The translations under genes and the position numbers were made by a program. The notes under the pieces were generated by a model. It made no database searches. It was not told the origin of the DNA and was given only the letters and a program-made list of their open reading frames with translations. From NCBI GenBank assembly GCA_010015805.1, contig ML978121.1:3410001-3474000 (forward strand): 64,000 bases of DNA. The letters are read 5' to 3'. The stretch is from Rhizodiscina lignyota (Eukaryota). This document shows, one piece after another, positions 21,523 through 34,256 of the stretch (its first letter is position 1; every line of letters starts with the position of its first letter).

Positions 21523-24034
21523 TTTGTTGTACGTTGGGAGACAATCAAGTGTCTCCCAGCAGGGAACACTTCAGAGACATCAGCGAACCATAGAAGTTGG
21601 GATTTACACTATTAGCTACTTACAAAGTTGCGGCTTGGGCGCTTTAGATACACTCCAGGCGAAACCCCGGGACGCGCGTGAGAGATGTGTGAGAAGCTGT
21701 GAAGTGATTCCTGTCTCAACAATGCTTGGAGACAGAGGATCCTCCACCGGGGAGTGAAAGCCTCGCTATGGAAGACGAGGAGGAACGTTGTTTCGTAGCT
21801 TTGTCAAGTAATCGGGTTGATCTGTAGTTTAAAAAGACCTTCATTGTGGTGGGGCCTCCAACTCCTGGGGAGCCTCTCGACGTAAGCAAAGAGGCACACC
21901 ATGCAGGTTGCTGGTCACTAATTGGGCCGTTCAGCTAGGCATATTGGAACGGAACGCAAGGCTGAGAAGGGGCCTTCAATATTGGCCAGCAGAGTGCTTC
22001 GCCCCAGACAGTTCACCGAACATGAGATCCGAACACGTGGGGAGAAGCCTCTAAAGAGCTGAGGTGCGATGACATATTTCAACGAGGCACACAATGGGAG
22101 ACATCGAAGAAACAGAGCCGCAAGAAGGGGCCTTCAATTTATGATTGCACTAGATTGTGTTGGTCGTATTTCCAGAATATCGCAGAAAAGCCGTCTCAAT
22201 GAAAATCCTGGCTGACCAAAAAGCGTATTATCGTAGTGTCATTAGGAAATCAATGCTGGATACCATAGAGAAGGATATCGAACTATACTAGTGACTAGCT
22301 CAATGACAGCGTCAATACATTTGTTGGGTTGGTACGGACGACGGGATCTGGACTGCGAAATGTTGGAATTGATCGTTACCTAACCAGCCGAGGAGTTGAG
22401 GAGCAGTGATCAGCCTTGCAGCGGGCCGGTCGACGCTTGGCTTCATCACGCCGAAATGCCTGCTGCGTCTGTATATATGCGAAGTGCAACGGGATACTGT
22501 GGTATATAATCCAGAAATAAACCGCTGACGTTTATTGTAGAGGCATCGCTATGTTGATACTATCCAGACTTCACTCATATCGGATCGAGAAATGTTCTAG
22601 AAGGTCAACTCGCCAATCGTACGTGCATGCCTTAACCTTTGGAACCCCAGCAAATAGCCCGTCCGAACGGGTAAAATCTCTTAAAGTGTGCTAGCTACGC
22701 TGCACCGTCTACAGGCCATCGTTGTGGGGTGCAGAATGCTTAGACGGGGCCAAAGCCAACCGTTTGGGCCTGTGGTTGACTTTACGAAGGTGAGGACGCC
22801 TGAGAGATAAGGCTCGATGATGTGAGAGGTTATAAATGCTGTATTGGAGGGTGGTACAGCTGCGCGTGTGCGGTTTGGGACGAAAGGGATACGCCCTGTG
22901 CATGCGGCACAACCGGAAGATACGCGGCTGGGACAAGGGAGGCGGTAGACTGTATGCGCGACATAATCAGTAAAATACGGAGGGAGACGTTTCCTTGCGG
23001 ATTTCTCGAGTTCGAAGGCGCTGAAGGACTTGAAGAAGTATGTAGATGCTGAGACGAAGTGACTCATGGCACACGAGGCCCAAATCCGCGGAGACCTGAC
23101 CATTTTGCATCGACGGTGAGTCGCGTGTCCTCCCGGCCGGAATTCCCAGCCAATAGCGGAGGCGATTATTCAGAGGTTAAGAATTTGAAGCGCATGACGA
23201 TCCTTGGGAGGAACAGGTAGGTGGCCTTCGCGTCGGCTGATGGACGGGAGCGACCTTGCTTTTGTTACGTACCTGTTACAATGGCTGGCGAGTATCCAAT
23301 AGGTCGCAAGAGGAGAGCGGTCCGATTTCCTAGGGACTCGCTTGTCCAAATGGCAACGTCATGGATACTCATTCGGCAGGAGTTTGGTATGGACTTGTGG
23401 AATCGGCGTGCAGTGGGAGCGTTCCGAGTAGCTCAAGTGTGCCGTGCAGCGTCATTTCTCAAGTAACAAGATCCACATATACAGAAGGGGAATGAACAGT
23501 GCTCGTTTGGGTGCGTGTGCCACCTGTAAAAGGCGCAGCTGGGTACCTGGCGCGCTGGCTAGGGGTACGTAGAGCGCTCGGCAGCGCCCGCGACCCGACT
23601 TCCACCTTGGCCTTATCAGTCGCGTGTGCGCAGGCACCCCACACGCTGCGACCAACACCACGCCTCACTCGCCCTTTCTGCCTCAGCTCGCCCACGCCCC
23701 AAATCGCGCAGCAAATCAAGCCTGTCGTCTGCGTTGCTTTTCTCTCCCTACTGACTTATTCTACTTTTCTGCCAGCACATCGAGCGTTTGTTCTCCTCCC
23801 ATATTTCATCGGCCGCTCTCTATGTCGCCTGCCCAGCGTTTCACACCGCACGCATTTCTATTACGAAAACCGCCCCGGCAATAACGGTCCACCACGTCAC
23901 TTCAACTTCGGCGCACCATTTATTCTGTGCCCGCCCGGCCGAGCATCCTCCTACCACAACCTGCACAAAACCCATCGCCGTCTCCGCATTTGCCAGGCCG
24001 ACGGGCCCAGGCGCATCTCGTCCCACTCATCAAA

Positions 24035-25741
24035 ATGATGGTCCCCCGAGCATATACGTTGCAAAGGAGACAGTCGAAAGGTGATGTGAAGGTCAGCGAG
24101 AAGGGTATAAGCTTTGGATCGGCCCTGGAGATTCCACGACCGCGCTCGGCACCTGTCGTCGTCACCACCAAGAAAGTCCAGAAGGAAGAGAAGATGATAA
24201 GGGGCGATAAGGATGACGGGAGGTCGCGACCGACGACTCCGACGAGGATGGCGAGTGAACCTGTGTCGGTGCCTTCGAAGCCGGTCGTCATCCCTCCCAG
24301 GAGCCCTTCATTGACTGCTGCTGGGTCCCCTCGTCGAAGAAACAACTCAGGAAGCCGACGAAGCTCTCGGCCTGTCGATGATCGTCATAATTCGCGAGCA
24401 ATCCCGGCATCTGTTGCTGCCCTCCTCGCCGTTACTAGTATCCCTCCGCCCAACCCAAATGCCTCTCAACGACGCCGAACGAGTGGTACGAGAGCCTTCC
24501 ATAAGACGTCCATTGATGACTTGCTTCAAGAATGGCGTGAGGACGATTATGGATCATCATCGAACTCCCTCGGTGCTGGTTCGCCAATGGACATACTCCT
24601 CGAGCGCGCGGATGAGTCGGATATTGAAGACGTCTCTGGGAGGTCGCTGTCGCTCCTGGACAACTCGATGGCCGATAATTGCGATTATCTATCATCACGA
24701 TCCGTGTCCAGCGATTCCATTCCTTCTATTCCCGACCTAGTCCACGAGGATCGATCACCAGCCAGCTTAATTGATCCAAGGACGCCAAGCATCAGGTCGC
24801 GAAGGGTCGGAGGTAGTGCTGAGTCCAGGAGCTGGAAAGACAAGATTGTCTCGAGCCCAGCGGCTGAGGAATGCCACCATGACCATCCACTTCTCTCATC
24901 ACCAACACTGGAAGAGTCCCCGATGGGTGGTTTCTTAGACTTCAATGCATCGCTACTCTCAGCACAGCGTTCCAAGTCTTCTGCTCGGGCTCAGCCGAAG
25001 TCCTCTTTCAAGTCCAACCTAACAGCCTCTCTTAACGCCTTTGCATCAAGCTTCCGGTCTTTCTCAAACTTTACCGCTCCATCAATACCACCCGACGATC
25101 TACTGTCTCGCTCTTTCTTCGCGCCAACCTCACCGCAGCGCTTTGCGACTGAAATGCGCCCCAAGTCCTCCGACGGCATTCCTGATCCCGCACTCCGACG
25201 ATATCTCAACCCTACACCGCGGCCCGAACGCGAACGACAAGCACACCAGCGTCGCCTCAGCCTCGAAGAGCAGCACATCAGTGACCTGAGCCTGCACCAA
25301 GAACCCGATTTCGCCGCTGCCGTCAACGCGTCCAGCAGCCTGAACGCAGCGATTGAATTCGAGGGTCCGATGATCCCCATGCAGACATATGGCCCTGGTC
25401 CACGAGGCTCTGTACGTGGCAAGAGGAACAAGAGGTTGCCACCAACGCCGACATCGAAGAACTTGAATACCGAGGCTGGAAGGATCGCAAAAGCTGGATT
25501 GCTATCGGACGAGGTGCTGAGACAACGAGAGCCTAGAGAAAACAGTGATTTCTTGAGGGTTATCGTGCTGGAGATGAACATGCGGCGTGAAGGCAAGCTG
25601 GACGCGAAGGGTCTTGGAAGAGCGAAGGTATGGCTGCCTCCTCGGAAGGCGATCATGGCGGCGCGCCAGGAAGAAGAAGCTGTAGGCGGCATGAAGAAGA
25701 TTCCTGTCAGGTGGGTTGGCGTTGCCATCGACGACGCGTGA
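24035..25741 (+). CDS. Fungal Ser/Pro-rich protein of unknown function
   Basis: Long intronless ORF with ATG in CAAAATG context. C-terminal block RQREPRENSDFLRVIVLEMNMRREGKL...WLPPR...PVRWVG is one I recognise from Pezizomycotina hypothetical proteins. Confidence 0.8.
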   Translation: MMVPRAYTLQRRQSKGDVKVSEKGISFGSALEIPRPRSAPVVVTTKKVQKEEKMIRGDKDDGRSRPTTPTRMASEPVSVPSKPVVIPPRSPSLTAAGSPRRRNNSGSRRSSRPVDDRHNSRAIPASVAALLAVTSIPPPNPNASQRRRTSGTRAFHKTSIDDLLQEWREDDYGSSSNSLGAGSPMDILLERADESDIEDVSGRSLSLLDNSMADNCDYLSSRSVSSDSIPSIPDLVHEDRSPASLIDPRTPSIRSRRVGGSAESRSWKDKIVSSPAAEECHHDHPLLSSPTLEESPMGGFLDFNASLLSAQRSKSSARAQPKSSFKSNLTASLNAFASSFRSFSNFTAPSIPPDDLLSRSFFAPTSPQRFATEMRPKSSDGIPDPALRRYLNPTPRPERERQAHQRRLSLEEQHISDLSLHQEPDFAAAVNASSSLNAAIEFEGPMIPMQTYGPGPRGSVRGKRNKRLPPTPTSKNLNTEAGRIAKAGLLSDEVLRQREPRENSDFLRVIVLEMNMRREGKLDAKGLGRAKVWLPPRKAIMAARQEEEAVGGMKKIPVRWVGVAIDDA

Positions 25742-26686
25742 GTTCAGGCATTGTCAAGAGTTGCAGGCTACAGAGCCGTGGATTATTTTACTGCATAGCG
25801 GGAGTTCTGGACATGGGAAGCATAGCGTTGGATTTGCGGATACCTCACACGTTGGGCTGATGAGGGTCGACTTTGTACGCTGAAGAGATGGCCGCGTTGA
25901 AGCTGAGGGTGCTTCGCTTCTATGTATAACAGCGGGACATCGTGATGTCCGACACTGGGATGGACACTATAGAACTCGTAAAGATGATCAATTATTACTA
26001 CTTACATTGTGCAAGTTCTCGTAGATCTCAAGGCTAGCAGTGAAGGGTGGAGTATAGTAGACGTTCCACAGGTTGGTTCTTGCATGTAATGGCGCATCAG
26101 GTGGCATCCGATGGGCAGAGAGTCCAGCTGGAATGCATAGCCTCGAACAACAAACGAACAAATGCATGAACGAACCAAATCTCCTGAAGAATCAACAACA
26201 CATTCGAATAGAATAGAAGCACGAGAGCACCATCAAAGTGAGAGAAATGTAAGAACAGCCTGATTGCGTGATTGCCGTGCTCATGATACCACGCCTCTTG
26301 CCCTCTCGCTTTTCGTGGCGCGGCATCTCCGCACTGAGCCGCGATGCTGGGTCCAGAAGCCATATCACATGGGCTCTGGAGGATTTTTTCTCTCTCCAAG
26401 CGAACGTTCAGACGATGACAGGCGTTTCTATTTGGGGAACGCACGGCGCTGTAATCAATGCAAGTGATCGACTTTAGTACTGTGGCGAGTCGAAATTTTC
26501 AGCGCGCGTCGAAATACTACACGCGTAAGGCTCGCGTGTGGTGATTGGATACAGCTGGGTTGATGCGTATTGCGAGTCAAGGTCGAAAAACGATATAATT
26601 TATATTATTGTTTCCTTCAGAAGAAACAGTCTAGCATTCCTCAAAGATCCATCAAGCTCATATTTCGCCAGATGTAGTCTTGTTCT

Positions 26687-28400
26687 TCAAACTTTCGCCG
26701 TGACTTTCCAACCCACGAGGGTAATCCGCACAACCCCATACAAGACTGCGCTCAGGAACATGAAGAGTCCCGCGAAGATCTGGAGGCCCCAGAACGTGCC
26801 ATGATGATGACTGAGGATGGCACCGGCGATCGGATTGCCGATGATCATGAAGACTGATACGCCCAGGAACATGAGTCCGAGCCGGACGGGTACCGCCTGG
26901 GGAGTTGGAGTTATCTGCGGAACCAGTGCCGCAGCCTATGTGTGCGTCAGGCGCTCTAAGCTCAAATCGTCGATATGGGATGGACTTACCAGGGCAGGGT
27001 AGCCTCCAATAAAGAATCCATAAAGCGATGCATAGGTTAGAACCACAGCGTTTGAATGCGCAGGAATCCAGCATGCCAGGGTGACGATTGCAACAGCGAG
27101 GACGTTGAGAGTAATCATGTTGAATCTTCCGTACTTGTCACCAAGCATGGAAATAATGAGACGGCCGGGTATGCTCCACGCGTTACATATCGGTAGAATA
27201 TAGCTGGCGAGGTTCGCTGACATGCCCACGGCTGTCCTCGCTTGGACAACCATGAAATTGTACGGCACAAAGAGAACCATCCAGATCGGTATCGCTGCTA
27301 TTAATGTTATGGTATATGTCCGCTCCCGGAATGGGGAGGTCAAATCGTTCAAGGAGATATGTTGTGGATTCGGAGGGAATCGCCCTTTTACGGTGAAGCA
27401 TCCGACGACCTTTGCATACAGTCAGTCTCCAGCGATTGCCTCACAAATAAGTCAGATATACCGCAAAGAACAGGTACACAAATGCTAATGTCCTCACAGC
27501 CCATGGGAAGCCATGAAGCACTAGGACATGTTGCACAAGGATCGGCGTGATGATGGAGCCAAGCGAAGCACCCTGCAAGACGATGCCCATCGCGAGCGCC
27601 TTCCTCTGGGGAAACCATGGAGGTGCAGCGAACAAAGCTGATGAAGACCGTTAGCCCAGTTCAGAGGAATAGAACGCCGCCTGCATACCTGTGTTGTATA
27701 TCAGGCCGGCACCAATGGGCGAACATAAGCCTTGCGAGAGAAAGACCTGATAGAATTCCTTTGCTAAAGAGAGCATCATCAATCCGAATATGTGGAATAA
27801 GGTGCCCACTACAAGAAGTGGGAACGCGCCATAACGGCTAAACAGTGCGCCAACAAATGGACCCTGCGCATATGTTAGATCAATACTGTCAGGCTGCTGG
27901 GCGACTAACCAGGAACCACACGAGTCCGGTTTCGAAAGACTGTGCCCATGCGATGGAACTCGGTGAAAGGTGTCGAAACTGATTTTCCTGATAGTAATCT
28001 TGAAGTACGCCGATTGCTAGCCTTTCGTCAGTCTTCCTTCATGGATGCATCCTTTGAAAACGGCACACAGTATATCCATCCGGTAGATGCAAATCTGCCG
28101 CACTGTCAGATATATGGGCCCTGTAGACTGCGCAGCGATGTCCGGATGCCTTACAAGCAGCAGAAACCGCCAAATATCACAACCCACCCCTGGCCTCCAG
28201 CATCTGCTGGAGCGGGAGGGCCCTGCGACGGCACTTCAGCAGGTACTGCTGAGGCCTGTTTTTCGAGAGTTTCGCCGTCATTGTTGTCTGAGATTATCGG
28301 AGAGTCTGCCTTCTCATCATTCGCATCTGCTGAACGTTAGTTTGAAAGAGTATCGAGCTAGCTGGCAGCTTCAAAATGCATCACCTTTGGTATCAGACAT
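26687..28400 (-). CDS. MFS transporter, monocarboxylate (MCT/Mch) family, about 7 introns
   Basis: Spliced segments GWVVIFGGFC, IGVLQDYYQENQ, SSIAW, FYQVFLSQG, WFPQRKALAMGIV, GFPWAVR, LGDKYGRFN and GNPIAGAIL. Confidence 0.85.
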
Positions 28401-29815
28401 TGCTCGGTGCCGACCTCCTGCAAATGGCGTCCGATTAAACCTGTGCTGTAGTTGAGGCTATCTTAAATGCGCCGTGGGGTATTCGATCTTTAAATGATGC
28501 CAGCATGTGATAGCTCTATGGTGGATAGTGCATAACATTAAGTACGCCGCGGCAGAACTTAAAATTTTGGATGCTGTCTTACGACTCTATAAGCCGATAA
28601 ACCAGCCCAGTCTACTTTAGACCATGCCTGGGCTGCATATGCCATTGCGGCATAGAGTGGATAACCCGGGAATTGGCACTCCATCCCAGGAGCTGATGAG
28701 CGAGATCGTATTGGTGCTTGCGTGTGGCCGTCTTGCCGATGCAGCTATAATAGAAAAAGTCTCCATAGGGAATTTCTCTGGAATTTCATCGGCGGTTTCG
28801 AATTTGGCCTTTCATTTCTTCTGCTATTAATCCATCAAACAGCCAGCTAGACCAGTGTCTATGCTTGCAGTTTGAAACGCAACAGAATGATACTAATTGA
28901 GGAGATAAAGATACAAAGAGACTCCAAAGCCTGACTGGGATATTCAAACAAACGACAAAATTGATATGTAGCCTACTTACTGTATTCGATCCCAGGAATA
29001 AGCAGTAGATGTGGCGGATGAACAGACCGTAGGGCCGGAAACAACTTACACCCATTAGGGAGTGGTCTTCTAGCCATTGTGGGTCTAAAAAGGCAGCCCT
29101 GGCCTCAGATGTCGCGATGCCGTCGATTCTGTGGTGCAACGAGCTTCAGGCGTGGGCGTTGCAAGGTTCAGCGACTTGTTTGGGTAGAAAATGGCGGAAA
29201 GGAGAAGTTACCGAACAAGCCAATTGTATACTAGCTACGAAAGCTTGGCAGCATTTCAATCGAGCAGGGGCGGCCGCTAGTCAAAGCTGGTTAGAGTAGT
29301 GCGAGTGTAACAACCCCAGTTGAGTTGGCTCTCGCACTACTGCTGCAAACTGCTACAAACATTTCAACTTCTCGCAATTATAAGGTGGGATCTCCTACGA
29401 CAATATAAGAGGCTGCACAATTTGGCAGTGGCTGCAATGTTAGTGGTCGGTCAGGCAGCCTGGCTCGACGCTTCACCTATTCCTTTGTCCCAATCATCAA
29501 TCTTTCACTTCGCTTCTCGTACCTCTGGAAGTAATATGCATATAGACCCCCGATAGATGCATGAGTCTCTTTTGGGAATGACATTCTAATACGAGGATCT
29601 ATGCATTGTGTCAGCCCCAATACTCTCCGATCTACAGTGATCTCATAGCCCTTCGGAGAAATTGGGAAGCTCTCTCAGTACCCGAATACAGAAGACAAAA
29701 TTTAAATGAAGGTCGGTAGGGGTCCCTTTAGCTCATGGTTTGGAATATGCCAATACTGTGTCTCCCGCCTTTATCTCCCACGTTCATGCCATAGAGCCTG
29801 ATCGCTCTTTAACTA

Positions 29816-31127
29816 ATGGCGGAGGAAGCACCTCCAGCAGCCAAGGTTCTCAGCTGTATCCAAGCGGGCAGGACGATTCTCCAAGCAATCGAGGACTTTG
29901 CGGAGGATCTGAAGAGTCTCAATCACGAGGTCTGTTTTATGAAGAACATTATTAAACTAAGCCTGACTCTGATAGATTCATTCCTGCCCTGAACTGGCTT
30001 TCGAGGAGTTTCAAGCACATGACAATATTTCCTCGCTCCTTGAGCAGCATGGATTCAACGTGACGAGGCATGCCTATGGCATTGAGACCTCTCTCGAGGC
30101 GATTTACGGCTCCGGTGGTCGATTGGTCACTTTCAACGCAGAGTACGACGCCCTTCCGGGAATCGGTCATGCATGCGGCCACAACCTTCTAGCTACAGCC
30201 TCTGTTGCCGCCTTCATAGCTGTGGCGTACATCGTCCGAGAGAGCACAACACCAGGCCGTGTCCGGCTGCTTGGCACTCCGGCGGAGGAGGGTGGAGGAG
30301 GTAAAATCAAATTGATCGCGGCAGGAGCTTTTGACGGCGTCAACGCATGCTTCCTCAATCATCCGATTCCTGCTACGCTGGGTCCAGTACAGGGTTACAG
30401 CGGCATTGCCGATCCACTTACCGATGCTACTACTAAAGTCTCAGTCACATTCACCGGGAAAGCTGCACATCCAACCATGGCACCTTGGCAGGGAAAGAAT
30501 GCCCTTGATGCTGCCGTTCTCTCACACAACGCAATCTCAATGCTCCGGCAGCAGATAAGGCCTTCAGAGCGCATACATGGCGTCATCAGTAACGGCGGCA
30601 CGCGGACGAATATCATCACTGAAACCGCATGCATGGAGTACCAGTTTCGTGCAGACTCTCGTCCAGCCGTAGATGCTCTTCGGAAGCGCGTTGAAAACTG
30701 CTTCTATGGAGCTGCCACAGCCACTGGATGCTCAGTAGAGATTAAAGAAGGCTTGTCGTATGCGGAAATGCGGATCAACAAAGTCATATGTTCAGAGTTC
30801 GCGGCGGCCATGGAGGGACTAGGAAGTCCTGTAGCATGCAAATTCCAAGACGCAGTATCGCGTGTGCCTGCGTCCGGCGACCAAGGAAATGTCAGCTACG
30901 TCTGTCCTGCCTTCCACGGTGGGTTCTCAATTCCAACAGGCAAAGGCGACTTCAACCACACGCCTGGATTCGCTACCGCCTCCGGGACAGAGGAAGCTTT
31001 CCAGGCGACTCTAGAAGCGGCGAAAGGAATGGCGATTGTTGGACTAAAGGTCTTACAGGACGATGACTTTGCCACACGAGTCCGAGCGGACTTTGACGAA
31101 GACTGCAGAAGAAGAGAGGAAAGCTAG
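29816..31127 (+). CDS. Peptidase M20 amidohydrolase (PM20D2/ACY1L2-like), one intron
   Basis: Motifs IHSCPELAFEE, EYDALPGIGHACGHNL, GTPAEEGGGGK, GKAAH...PWQGKNALDAA, DQGNVSY and NHTPGF. Confidence 0.92.
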
Positions 31128-31205
31128 TGGATGCAAAGATTCGCATCGTATATGGTATCGAATTTATCTTGTTCCATCAATGACTGGTTGTCGCGCAGTC
31201 TCGTT

Positions 31206-32824
31206 TCAACCACCTTTACTAGAAGTCTTTTCGTCAAGAGCGACCATAATCGGGAGCGTGTACTTTATGCTGTTGAGTTTTACCCTGTCTTCAAGTTCCA
31301 CATCAGGATCCTCCAGTTTCATCTAAATCTCTTAGTCAGTTGCTCTACAGTCAATTTTCCGGTACCGGAGTACTAACAGTGAAGTTCATCAGCAAAAACG
31401 GAATCAGCTTCTTCATCTCTAACAGGGCGACGTATCGACCTGGACAGATCCGCTTTCCGCAGCCAAATCCCAGAAATGCTCTGTCCATTTTCTTGACTCT
31501 CTCTTCATCCCCCTCAAGCCATCTTTCCGGTCGGAATTTGTCCGCATCTTCGCCGTATAGATCTTTGTCGCGATGCACAGACTCGGGGTGGCATGCCACA
31601 ATCGTTCCAGCAGGCAAGACCGTACCTGCAATTTCTCGTCCGCCTGCTGGAATAATTCTATCTAGCCCAGAGGCAACGATCGGAAAGAGCCGCATTGATT
31701 CCTTGATAACGGCATCGAGATATCGGAGCTTGGATACTTCCGATGCGCGTGGTTGTTGAGAAAGCAGACCGTCTCTGACAGCTGCTTCTATTTCCTCGTT
31801 AAGCCTCGACATAGCTGCTGGGTTCTTCATCAAAAAGAAAAGAGTAGCAGTCAGCGTCGTTGAAGTCGTATCCGCACCGGCTCCAATAGATGATACGACC
31901 AGGCCCACTACATTCGTGTCGGAAATGGTCGTTGGATATTTGGCTTGACCATCCAGGTATTTCTGCAGAAAGTCCTTATGAGATTGCGATCCTTTCTCCG
32001 CTTTTCGCTTCTGGAACTGTGATCTTGCTAGACTTGCGAGATTGTTGATAGGACTGCCCATCCAGCGCAGAAGTGGGTTCTTGTGAACGAAGAACTCGAG
32101 GTCAGGCAGCGCGCCCCAAGTATTGTAGTACGAGAACCGCTTTTCGACAGTTTGAAGCATGTCGCCGATATCTGTTCCCTTCTCAAGGAAGCCCGGAGAT
32201 TCGCTAAACGCATTGCGATTAAGAACGTCCATGGCAAACAACTGAAACCATTTGCTCATATCGATAGTCTTCTGCTTCCTGAGCGCGGCAAGGAGCAGCG
32301 CTTCCGACTCGTCGACGAATCCTTCGTACTCAAGCACCGCGTTGGGAGTAAACGCCGGGCCAACGCCTTTCATGACCGCGCTCTGTTGCGCTTCATTCAT
32401 GGTCATCATGCTATGCACTAATTTCCCTTGGCTGAGGCCCACCAGGACTTTATATGAAGGTCCCTACGTTGCTTGTCAAATTCAATTATGACAAACTCTG
32501 CTACCGCCTCGAGACGTCTTGGGCTGATAAACTTACCTTCGCGAGCACTGGACTTGTCCCATACACTACATTGACAGCAGCTGGATCGCTAATGCTCACC
32601 AAATTGGGGCCGATGCGAACCAGCTTGCCGTATTGCTCGTGCAATTTGACCAAGGTCGGGCCGTAGAATAGCGTCTTTTGCTGCGCACGCCATCTCCAGA
32701 GGTCTGTAAATGCCGCGAGAAATGGCCCTGGGACAGATCTTAACTTAGAGTATCGTACCAACAAGTGAGTAATAAAGAGCGGAACTGCGGCGAACGCAAG
32801 AAACTGCAATACTACCAAAAACAT
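31206..32824 (-). CDS. Cytochrome P450 monooxygenase, 2 introns
   Basis: N-terminal TM anchor, VPGPFLA, LVRIGPN, I-helix GAGADTT, K-helix ESMR, FRPERW and heme motif FGCGKRICPG. Confidence 0.93.
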
Positions 32825-34256
32825 AATTGCTGAAAGGCACAAGTCGCAATGCCACGAAGAGATACGAAAGGCTAGATAACAGATCCGATAGAAAGTACAG
32901 CAATTGAAGGACCTCGGACAATATTATGTGGCCATCTCTCGTGCATGATGCTCTCTGTGTGTATAGGAGTTGGCCGCTCCTTATCTCGACTCCGCGGTAC
33001 GTAATTACTTGGAGACGTGATATGCGGAAAGACGCATCCGCCCAAGTCACAATGTCACTGCAGGTGCATCTCACCTGCACTCTCCGTTCAATATATGACG
33101 TTCAAAATAGACTTTTGAAAGGGGTAGAGGCTTAAACTGGTATTTCTTTCGAGTCCGTGCATATAAGCGAAGTGCTGGGATAATGCTACTCTATCGTCGA
33201 GCAGTTTGGTAGTTCAGCAGATAAGGGGAGTCTGAGCATTCTCGTTTCAAGAACGGCTACTCCAACCTGTAGCATCTTAGATCGTTTTTGAGTGTTTAAT
33301 TTCATAACGGCACCCTGTGCTATCAGGATCGTTGACCTCCCAGAAGTTGGAACGTGACGATCACGTGCTATGATTGTGGGCGGTTCACGAGACGTGATTT
33401 CGAAGAGCACTCCATACAGCTGAAGGGCAGAAAATAAATTGGGAAGGCAGGATGAAGGCTTTTTTTTTCACGATTTCACATTCCACAGACCACTGGGAGT
33501 TCATGAAGTAGAGAACATGCTCTTCCATTCAACTACCTACTTACCGGCGTTGGATATCGTTGGTTGCCCTCGCTCAAACTCGTCGACTCATTTTTGTCCT
33601 TTCAACCTCATCTGCTTCATCTCCCTTCCACCCATCCACTTGGCCCATAGCAACCGTGTCATCTTCAAACAATTCCACAGAAAAGCAAACGTAGAGTCCA
33701 TTAAAACGCCGGGGAATATGCCATGCCCTTTCCGTTGGAGAGCAAAAAATCAGGAAAAGTGAAGACAGGGGAAGGTGAATCGAGAGCGCTTCGAAGAAAT
33801 TACATGATGGTGTATCTTATCTCTATCGTGATCGTGCTGTATGTTTCGGTCATGACGAAGGGGTTGGATTCGGATATTGTGAATGTTGTGCTGAGAGGTG
33901 GTGCGGATTTGGGTGATGTTGAGGGGTGCTTTTGCAACAAGTCGCAGTTGTGTTGCAAATCGGGGAATGCGTGACATCGATTCGGCCGTTGCAAATGATG
34001 ATGTTCAAGGCGTGCGAAAGTGCTCGTAGTAAGCGGCAATGTGACTCTGTAAGAGAATTGGTCGCTTTGATCTTGCATCGGGAGGGGGCGGCATCGGCGT
34101 ATCTGGGCGAACGTGTGCCAGCTTGTCGTATGACCCGTCGAGGATAGACGGATTGATCCATATAAGGGAGCTAAGATGGGTTCGGCAAGTAACTTCCCTG
34201 ACCATGGGACGTCAACGCAGTGCTACAGGACTTCTGGTGGAGACACTTATGGACAA

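Noticed and set aside
22681..23103. 140-aa minus-strand ORF
   Set aside because: No domain features or coding-like composition, so it cannot be supported.
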